A stretch of DNA of 52,089 nucleotides from Anaerovoracaceae bacterium. GTDB taxonomy: Bacteria; Bacillota; Clostridia; Peptostreptococcales; Anaerovoracaceae. Position numbers and translations under genes: made by a program. Below, piece by piece: positions 45,327-52,089 of the stretch (positions within the stretch are counted from its first letter, which is position 1; each line of letters begins with the position of its first letter). The stretch covers positions 1-52,089 of the forward strand of contig JAVXAG010000001.1 in NCBI GenBank assembly GCA_036660615.1, given 5' to 3'. A model generated the notes under the pieces. The model ran no database searches and was not told the DNA's origin. It worked only from the letters and a program-made list of their open reading frames with translations.

Positions 45327-48014
45327 ATGAGTAAAAGAATCGTCATTATAGACGGGAATAGTTTAATAAATAGAGCATATTATGCAATGCAAAGACCGAT
45401 GATTACCAAAGAGGGAATATATACCCAAGGTATCTATGGTTTCCTTAGCATGTTAAATAAAATAAATGAAGATTATGAGCCGGGCTATTTGACTGTAGCA
45501 TTTGATAAAAAAAGTCCAACATTTAGACATATTGAATATGATGCATATAAGGCTGGCAGAAAAAAGATGCCACCTGAACTAGCTATGCAAATGCCTTTGG
45601 TAAAGGATGTTTTGCACGCAATGAATATAGAAACACTTGAAATTGATGGATTTGAGGCAGATGATATAATTGGAACAGTAGCAAGGGTAGCAGAAGAAGA
45701 TGGATTGGAGCCACTGATTATTACTGGAGATAAAGACGCACTTCAATTGGCTACTGATTTGACAAAGATATTGATTACAAAAAAAGGAATTTCTGAATTT
45801 GACATATACGACAGAGAAAAGATGATAGAAAGATATCAGCTTACCCCCGACCAGTTTATTGACCTAAAAGGATTGATGGGCGATCAGTCGGATAATATTC
45901 CGGGCATACCAGGAGTTGGTGAAAAGACAGGAATAAAATTGCTAGAGCAGTTTGGCTCAATGGAGAATTTACTTGCAAATACGGACCAAATCAAGAACGA
46001 AAAACTTAGAACGAAAGTAGAAGAAAACGTTCAACTTGCTGCAATGAGTAAGAAATTGGCCACAATAAATAAATATGTGCCTATTGAATTTGAAATACAA
46101 AAGTTTAAAACAGAGGAGCCTGACTATGAAAAACTTATTGACATATATTCTAAACTTGAGTTTAACAGCTTACTAAAAAAGCTTCACATTACTAATAAAG
46201 AGAGTTTTAAGAATGATAAGGTATACGATAATAATAATTATGTAAAGCATACTATTAATTCAATTAGTGAATTAAACCAAATTAATCAAACAGGCAACCT
46301 AGGCAAATTGAAAAAGAACCAAGAAGCAGTAATAAAAGTTTTTAGCGACAATAATCACGTGGAAAAGCCTGAAATAACTGGAATTAGCATATTAGTAGGA
46401 AATGATTACTATTACTTTAACTGTCAGGAACAAGGTGTTTTAGAGGAAGTAGTTAAATTACTGAATGAAAAGGAATTGTATATTATTGGACATGATCTAA
46501 AAAACGATTATTATCCTTTGATGTTCGCAGGATATACAAAAATGTTGACTAAATTTGACTCAGCAATAGCTGAATATGTCATTGATCCAACGAAATCAAA
46601 TTACGAGATAAAGACATTAGTATTCGAAAACTTGCATTATGAAATAAATGATGAAAAGACCTTTCTTGAGTCTAATGGTCAATTGGATTTATTCAATGAC
46701 AGTACAGTGCAATTTTCTGATTTTGGATTTGACTGGTGTGTGGCAGTAATTAGATTAAAAGAACTAGAAGAAGCTACATTGGCTAAGGAAAACTTGAATA
46801 AAGTATATTACAACGTAGAATTGCCACTTATAGAAGTTTTGACTGCAATGGAATTTGAAGGATTTCCTGTTGATAAACAAACTTTGTCTGACTTTGGAGA
46901 TACACTAAAAGAAGAACTTTCCACATTGGAAATGACAATATACCAATTAGCGGGATCCAAATTTAACATTAATTCACCGTTGCAACTTGGAACGGTGCTG
47001 TTTGAAACATTGGGACTGCCAGCAGGTAAAAAATCAAAGAGAGGATATAGCACAAGTGCAGAAGTTCTAGGCAAAATATCTACGCTACATCCAATTGTCG
47101 ACGAAGTTTTGAAATATAGAACTTTGTCAAAGTTAAATAGCACCTATGTTGAGGGATTAATGCCTTTGATTGGAAAAGATAAAAAGCTGAGAGCACATTT
47201 CCAACAGACAGTTACAGCGACTGGAAGAATCAGCTGCACTGAGCCAAACCTACAAAACATCCCAATTCGTCAACCACAGGGAAGACTTTTGAGAAAAGCT
47301 TTTTCTGCAGGAGACGACAACTATACTTTGGTTGGAGCAGACTATTCACAAATTGAACTTAGAATTCTGGCACATTTATCAGGAGATCAAACTTTAATTG
47401 ATGCCTTTAACAATGGAGATGATATTCACAGAATAACGGCGGCAAGAGTATTTAACATTGATTACGATAAAGTTACCGCAGAAGACAGAAGCAAGGCAAA
47501 AGCAGTTAATTTCGGAGTAATATATGGAATGAGTGGATTTGGTCTTTCTGAGGAACTAAAAATTTCTAGGAAAGAAGCGGAAAGCTATATAAATGAGTAC
47601 TTCAATAAGCATACAGATGTAAAGAAATATATGGACGAACAGATTGAAGATTGCAAAAGACTGGGATATTCAACAACTATTATGGGAAGAAAAAGAACAA
47701 TTCATGAGATAAATTCTTCTACTTATATGACAAGACAATTTGGAGAAAGACTTGCTATGAATAGTCCTGTACAAGGTAGTGCGGCGGATATTATCAAATT
47801 GGCCATGATAAAAGTTTATAAAGAACTAAAAGAAAAGCATCCAAAATCAAAGCTTATCTTACAAATTCACGATGAACTGATTATAAGAACAGATAAGAGT
47901 GAAATTGATGAAATAGAAGAACTTTTGAAGAGAAATATGGAATCAGCAATAGAGTTGAAAGTTAAGATGACAAGTGATTTGAATCGTGGTTATACTTGGT
48001 ACGATTTGAAATAG
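45327..48014 (+). CDS. polA: DNA polymerase I
   Basis: 5' nuclease N-terminus IVIIDGNSLINRAYYA. Polymerase motif A DYSQIELRILAH, motif B RSKAKAVNFGVIYG and motif C QIHDELI. The start was moved to ATG 45327, which follows AAAGGAAG. Confidence 0.96.
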   Translation: MSKRIVIIDGNSLINRAYYAMQRPMITKEGIYTQGIYGFLSMLNKINEDYEPGYLTVAFDKKSPTFRHIEYDAYKAGRKKMPPELAMQMPLVKDVLHAMNIETLEIDGFEADDIIGTVARVAEEDGLEPLIITGDKDALQLATDLTKILITKKGISEFDIYDREKMIERYQLTPDQFIDLKGLMGDQSDNIPGIPGVGEKTGIKLLEQFGSMENLLANTDQIKNEKLRTKVEENVQLAAMSKKLATINKYVPIEFEIQKFKTEEPDYEKLIDIYSKLEFNSLLKKLHITNKESFKNDKVYDNNNYVKHTINSISELNQINQTGNLGKLKKNQEAVIKVFSDNNHVEKPEITGISILVGNDYYYFNCQEQGVLEEVVKLLNEKELYIIGHDLKNDYYPLMFAGYTKMLTKFDSAIAEYVIDPTKSNYEIKTLVFENLHYEINDEKTFLESNGQLDLFNDSTVQFSDFGFDWCVAVIRLKELEEATLAKENLNKVYYNVELPLIEVLTAMEFEGFPVDKQTLSDFGDTLKEELSTLEMTIYQLAGSKFNINSPLQLGTVLFETLGLPAGKKSKRGYSTSAEVLGKISTLHPIVDEVLKYRTLSKLNSTYVEGLMPLIGKDKKLRAHFQQTVTATGRISCTEPNLQNIPIRQPQGRLLRKAFSAGDDNYTLVGADYSQIELRILAHLSGDQTLIDAFNNGDDIHRITAARVFNIDYDKVTAEDRSKAKAVNFGVIYGMSGFGLSEELKISRKEAESYINEYFNKHTDVKKYMDEQIEDCKRLGYSTTIMGRKRTIHEINSSTYMTRQFGERLAMNSPVQGSAADIIKLAMIKVYKELKEKHPKSKLILQIHDELIIRTDKSEIDEIEELLKRNMESAIELKVKMTSDLNRGYTWYDLK

Positions 48015-48048
48015 TGTCATTTTGGTAGAAAATGAAGATGGAGAAACA

Positions 48049-48669
48049 ATGAAAGTAATTGGGCTTACAGGTGGCATAGGAAGTGGAAAATCGACGGTTT
48101 CCGACTATTTGAAGAATAAAGGATATTATGTAATAGATGCTGACGCTCTAGCACATAGTGTTACTAAAAAAGGATCAAGGACTCTTGATGAAATTGTATC
48201 GGTTTTCGGCAAAGAAATATTATGCAATGATGGAGAATTGAATAGAAAAGCCTTAGGAAAAATTGTTTTTAATGACAAGGAGAAGCTGTGCATTCTGGAG
48301 AGACTGACCACAGACACTGTTGTAAAAAGAATAGAAGAAGAAGTTAATCATTTACGAAGTGGCAATGAATATGATATAATATTTGTCGATGCACCATTAC
48401 TTTTTGAATGTAATATTGATAAACTTGTCGATGAAATTTGGCTAGTTAATGCGGATTTAGAAAAACGTATTGAAAGAGTTAGTGCAAGAGATTGTATTCC
48501 CATAGAAGATATTCTTGCTAGAATGAACAATCAAATGAGCAATAAAGACAAAGCTTTGCTATCGCATAAAATATTAGATAACTCAAATGGAAAGGAAGAC
48601 CTTTATTTGCAAATAGAGGCATTAATAAAAGATTATGATAACACCACCAAAGAAAAGTTCTTTCGTTAG
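48049..48669 (+). CDS. coaE: Dephospho-CoA kinase
   Basis: MKVIGLTGGIGSGKST P-loop at the N-terminus, in the conserved position after polA. The start was moved from 48022 to ATG 48049, which follows GGAGA. Confidence 0.92.
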   Translation: MKVIGLTGGIGSGKSTVSDYLKNKGYYVIDADALAHSVTKKGSRTLDEIVSVFGKEILCNDGELNRKALGKIVFNDKEKLCILERLTTDTVVKRIEEEVNHLRSGNEYDIIFVDAPLLFECNIDKLVDEIWLVNADLEKRIERVSARDCIPIEDILARMNNQMSNKDKALLSHKILDNSNGKEDLYLQIEALIKDYDNTTKEKFFR

Positions 48670-50287
48670 AACATTAGAATTTGTTCATAAAAATATAATA
48701 TTAATCATCATTATCATAGTTGTTTTAGCCAGTATTACTTCTACTATTTTCATAGTTAGAGATAATATCATTGCAAAAAACAATGAAGAAAACGTCACAT
48801 ATGAACCAGTTAATACCTTGCATTTTTCAATGAGCAAAATCAATACACTAAATCCATTATTGTCAAATGATGAAGATGTGTATTATATAACGCAATTGAT
48901 TTATGATGGTCTTTTTGAGCTTGATGAAACTCTTAACGTTAGGCCTGTTTTGGTTTCATCATATAGTGTAAATTCAAGTGAAGGAACCGTTTCTATAAAG
49001 CTAAAATCAGATATCAGATTCCACAATGACAGCAAACTTACCGCTTACGATGTAAAGTACACAGTTGATGCAATTAATGCAGTTGGATCAAAATCACTTT
49101 ATTATGATTATGCGTCAAAAATAGATTATGTACAAGTTAGGGGTAATAGAAGTCTAAAAATATATTTTAGTGACCCCGAAGATGCAGCTTTGGATAATTT
49201 AGTATTTCCAATTGTTTGTAGCAATCAACTGGGTAGTCCATATGATTTTGCGTCCACAACTAGTTACAAACCTGTTGGAACAGGACAATATAAGTACTCT
49301 AGCTATAACAGTCTTTCAAGATTAAAGTTAAAGCCTAATAAAGATTACTTTGGAGATGTGGCAACAAACAAAATCCAATTTGAAATACTTCCAGATAAAG
49401 AAAAATCAACAAACCTTATGACTATGGACAGCATAACTGCATATTACTCGGATAAATCTAATATAGATACTATCGCAGAGGATAAAAATTTAAAAATAAA
49501 CAAAATTATGTCAAACCAAGTTGAATATTTAGCTTTCAATTTTGACAATATCAATTTATCGAAAAATAATGTTCGTCTTGCAATTGCCAGGGCAATAGAT
49601 ACAAAGAAAATACTAAAAGATGCGTATATGGGTAGTGGAGTTTTATCTGACTCTATTTATTATCCTAATTTCTTGGGATCTGGTAATAAAGGTGATGAGT
49701 ATGCACAAAATGAAAATATAGCCGTTGGATTGCTAAAACAACAAGGATACAGGGATACCAATGAAGATGGATTCTTAGAAGATGTAAAGGGTAAAAAGCT
49801 GGAGTTTTCGATTCTCGTAAACGAGAATAATTTGAATCGTGTAGATGCGGCTAAGCTAATAGCACAAAATTTGAATGATGTTGGAATATCAACACATATT
49901 AATAAAGTATCATGGAATGAGTACCAAGCATTGACTGAAAAAAGTGACTTTGATATATTAATTGGTGGTTATTCATTTGAGAAAAAATATGATTTGAGGG
50001 ATTTCTTTAATGAAAATAGCTTTATAAATTATAATAATCCAAAAGTTTTGAGTTTGGTTAATAAATTAGAAACAGCAATGAGTACGGAAAAGTATTCAAA
50101 AACCTATAAGGAACTAAAAGAGATAATGAGTAAAGATTTACCATATTATTCTCTTTGTTACAAGACAGGGTCACTTGTTACTGTACAACATTTTAATTTT
50201 GAGAAACTACCGACGTTTTTCAATATCTATGATAATTGTGATAAATGGAGTTGGGAAAAAAGAATTGTTGTAAATCCCGACAAATAA
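48635..50287 (+). CDS. ABC-transporter family-5 (peptide/nickel type) substrate-binding protein, membrane-anchored, orphan
   Basis: An N-terminal uncleaved-looking TM anchor IILIIIIIVVLASITSTIFIV is followed by SBP_bac_5-like sequence (TLNPLLSNDEDVYYITQLIYDGLFELD...). It overlaps coaE by 35 nt. Confidence 0.8.
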   Translation: MITPPKKSSFVRTLEFVHKNIILIIIIIVVLASITSTIFIVRDNIIAKNNEENVTYEPVNTLHFSMSKINTLNPLLSNDEDVYYITQLIYDGLFELDETLNVRPVLVSSYSVNSSEGTVSIKLKSDIRFHNDSKLTAYDVKYTVDAINAVGSKSLYYDYASKIDYVQVRGNRSLKIYFSDPEDAALDNLVFPIVCSNQLGSPYDFASTTSYKPVGTGQYKYSSYNSLSRLKLKPNKDYFGDVATNKIQFEILPDKEKSTNLMTMDSITAYYSDKSNIDTIAEDKNLKINKIMSNQVEYLAFNFDNINLSKNNVRLAIARAIDTKKILKDAYMGSGVLSDSIYYPNFLGSGNKGDEYAQNENIAVGLLKQQGYRDTNEDGFLEDVKGKKLEFSILVNENNLNRVDAAKLIAQNLNDVGISTHINKVSWNEYQALTEKSDFDILIGGYSFEKKYDLRDFFNENSFINYNNPKVLSLVNKLETAMSTEKYSKTYKELKEIMSKDLPYYSLCYKTGSLVTVQHFNFEKLPTFFNIYDNCDKWSWEKRIVVNPDK

Positions 50288-50292
50288 TAAAT

Positions 50293-50374
50293 GCGGCCGT
50301 GGCGGAATGGCAGACGCGCACGCTTGAGGGGCGTGTGGGCAACCGTGCTGGTTCGAGTCCAGTCGGCCGCACCA
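50293..50374 (+). tRNA. tRNA-Leu, anticodon GAG, class II with a long variable arm and encoded CCA
   Basis: Acceptor GCGGCCG/CGGCCGC, anticodon stem CACGC/GCGUG with loop UUGAGGG, T-loop GGUUCGAGUCC, and 3' ACCA. Confidence 0.93.
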
Positions 50375-50417
50375 ACAAAGTTAGTAAAGTCAAATTTTAA
50401 AGAGAAAGAGAGAACTA

Positions 50418-51941
50418 ATGAAAGTACTATTTCACAAATTATTCAATCGTTTAACCATTACAGGATTATTAATTATTATTCAGCTTTTATGGATAGTAAA
50501 TATTTTCTTATTTTTGGCAGAACAAGCGGTATGGATCAATGTATTTTTTACGGTTCTCAGTGTATTAATTGTTATTTATATTATAAATAAAGATGAAAAC
50601 TCAGCGTACAAACTAGGGTGGATATTACTTATTTGCTTGATTCCTCTTTTAGGTGGTCTATTTTATATTTTCTTTGGAAATAAAAGACCTTCTAAAAAGC
50701 TTAGATTACGACTGGAAAAAACCGAAAATGAACACAAAGGACTGCTGTTGCAACAAGACGATGTTTTAGATGGAGTAAATCCTAGAATGGCAGCGACAAC
50801 AAAATACATAACAACACATGGAGCATATCCTTCATATAAAAATACTGGAGTAAAGTATTATCCTCTTGGGGAAAAGATGTTTAAAGATATGTTAGTTGAT
50901 CTAGAAAATGCAGATCACTACATCTTTATGGAGTATTTTATAATAGCTGAAAGCAAGATGTGGGACGCTATGTTTGATGTACTTAAAAGGAAAGCTTCAG
51001 AAGGTGTTGATGTACGAATTATGTATGACGATGTCGGTAGTATTTTTGTTTTGCCTAAGCAATTGATTTTGAATCTAAAAAAAGCGGGGATCAAATGCAT
51101 ACCATTTAATCCATTTGTACCGTTGGTTTCCCTTGTTATGAACAACAGAGATCATAGAAAAATTCTGGTTATAGATGGAAAAGTAGGGTATAGTGGTGGC
51201 ATAAATATAGCAGATGAATATATAAACCTTTATCCTAAATATGGACATTGGAAAGACACAGGTCTTAGACTAGAAGGAGAGGCTGTATGGAACTTTACAG
51301 TGATGTTTTTAAATATATGGAATGCATTTCTAAAAACCGATGTTGACTATGAGCAATTTAGACCACACACATGGCATAAAGAAGGATTTGGTAGTGATGG
51401 AGTAGTTCAGCCTTATTCCGATTCACCATTAGATGATGAGGCATTGGGAGAAAATATTTATATAGACATTCTTTCACAGGCAAAAAAATACGTTTACATT
51501 TTTACACCATATTTGATTATTGATAACGAATTGCAGACAGCATTAACCCTTGCTGCCAAGCGTGGAGTAGACGTTAGGATTGTTACGCCAGGAACACCGG
51601 ATAAGAAAATTGTTTATAAACTTACTCGTTCATATTATCCGCCTCTTATAAAAGCAGGCGTTAAAATTTATGAGTATACGCCAGGGTTTATTCATGCCAA
51701 AAGTTATGTTTGCGACGATGAAATCGCAGTTGTTGGAACAATTAATATGGACTACAGAAGTTTATATTTGCACTTTGAGTGCGGAACACTTTTATTAAAC
51801 TGTGCTGCAATCAAAGATATAAAGAAGGACTGTATTGAAACTTTCGATAAGAGTAATTTAATAAATGACAATGTCTTAAAGTCAAATTTCTTTACAAAGC
51901 TTTTTGATGCTTTGCTTCGTGTTTTGAGTCCATTACTCTAG
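50418..51941 (+). CDS. cls: Cardiolipin synthase
   Basis: Two N-terminal TM helices and two HKD phospholipase-D motifs (HRKILVIDG and HAKSYVCDD). Confidence 0.94.
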   Translation: MKVLFHKLFNRLTITGLLIIIQLLWIVNIFLFLAEQAVWINVFFTVLSVLIVIYIINKDENSAYKLGWILLICLIPLLGGLFYIFFGNKRPSKKLRLRLEKTENEHKGLLLQQDDVLDGVNPRMAATTKYITTHGAYPSYKNTGVKYYPLGEKMFKDMLVDLENADHYIFMEYFIIAESKMWDAMFDVLKRKASEGVDVRIMYDDVGSIFVLPKQLILNLKKAGIKCIPFNPFVPLVSLVMNNRDHRKILVIDGKVGYSGGINIADEYINLYPKYGHWKDTGLRLEGEAVWNFTVMFLNIWNAFLKTDVDYEQFRPHTWHKEGFGSDGVVQPYSDSPLDDEALGENIYIDILSQAKKYVYIFTPYLIIDNELQTALTLAAKRGVDVRIVTPGTPDKKIVYKLTRSYYPPLIKAGVKIYEYTPGFIHAKSYVCDDEIAVVGTINMDYRSLYLHFECGTLLLNCAAIKDIKKDCIETFDKSNLINDNVLKSNFFTKLFDALLRVLSPLL

Positions 51942-52089
51942 ACTGGTATAGTAAAGATATTTAGTATTTCAAAGTATATACAGAACAAAATGAATAAGAT
52001 AGTATCCCATTCATTCAAACATTGATAGCAAGAAAATATAAAAAAACAGCAACTAAATTTCTTGAAGTATTGACTAGGAGCCATTTATA

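Noticed and set aside
46330-46600. The polA 3'-5' exonuclease region appears to lack the Exo I acidic residues (VFSDNNH where DxE is expected)
   Set aside because: Inactive proofreading domains are the norm in Firmicute Pol I (Bacillus-type), so this is not unusual.
50293-50374. tRNA-Leu as a possible integration site for a mobile element
   Set aside because: No integrase was seen, no repeat of the tRNA 3' end, and no compositional break on either side. The flanking genes (SBP, cls) look native.
50291-50590. 99-aa plus-strand ORF (MRPWRNGRRARLRG...)
   Set aside because: It starts inside tRNA-Leu and runs into the cls gene out of frame. It is an artefact.
1-52089. Search for CRISPR arrays, IS elements or inverted terminal repeats, prophage or defence-island genes
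   Set aside because: No regularly spaced repeats of 25-40 nt were seen, and no transposase, recombinase, nuclease or helicase ORFs. The only repeats seen are the 15-nt pair at 104..138 and the 48-nt gene remnant.

Overview
This is an AT-rich, gene-dense chromosomal segment with about 50 CDS, from a low-GC Firmicute. It is most likely Clostridia/Tissierellia-like: the RNase P RNA has type-A architecture, rpoN sits directly upstream of gap-pgk-tpiA, and there is a membrane pyrophosphatase and a giant HgdC-like activase fusion. The content is overwhelmingly housekeeping. It includes nth, hom, trmL, rpoN, gap-pgk-tpiA, secG, hppA, crt, thiN with a TPP riboswitch and thiT, rluD-nadK-pepF and murI. 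It also includes an M16 peptidase, dut, a dGTPase-like gene, dnaG-sigA-trmK-nif3, rnpB, a MATE pump, yebC, an FNT channel, an OPT transporter with a P1 peptidase, polA-coaE, an orphan family-5 SBP, tRNA-Leu(GAG) and cls. I saw no CRISPR array, transposase, integrase, phage gene or recognisable defence or toxin-antitoxin module. Non-coding elements are a TPP riboswitch, RNase P RNA, one tRNA, several intrinsic terminators and a candidate 6S-like small RNA on the minus strand (41281..41458). I cannot point to a clear-cut novel multi-gene system. The least explained parts, in order, start with two signal-peptide-less, extremely cysteine-rich proteins (21401..21610 and 25631..26644) that bracket a rarD / YkvI-MBL fusion / lipoprotein hydrolase block. 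Next is the unannotated structured sRNA candidate. Third is a set of tiny two-helix membrane proteins at the left edge, preceded by a perfect 15-nt direct repeat abutting a promoter, with a gene remnant nearby. Last is the orphan 1416-aa double-activase/dehydratase-like fusion. Several ORF-track starts were moved to downstream ATG/GTG codons that have good ribosome-binding sites.
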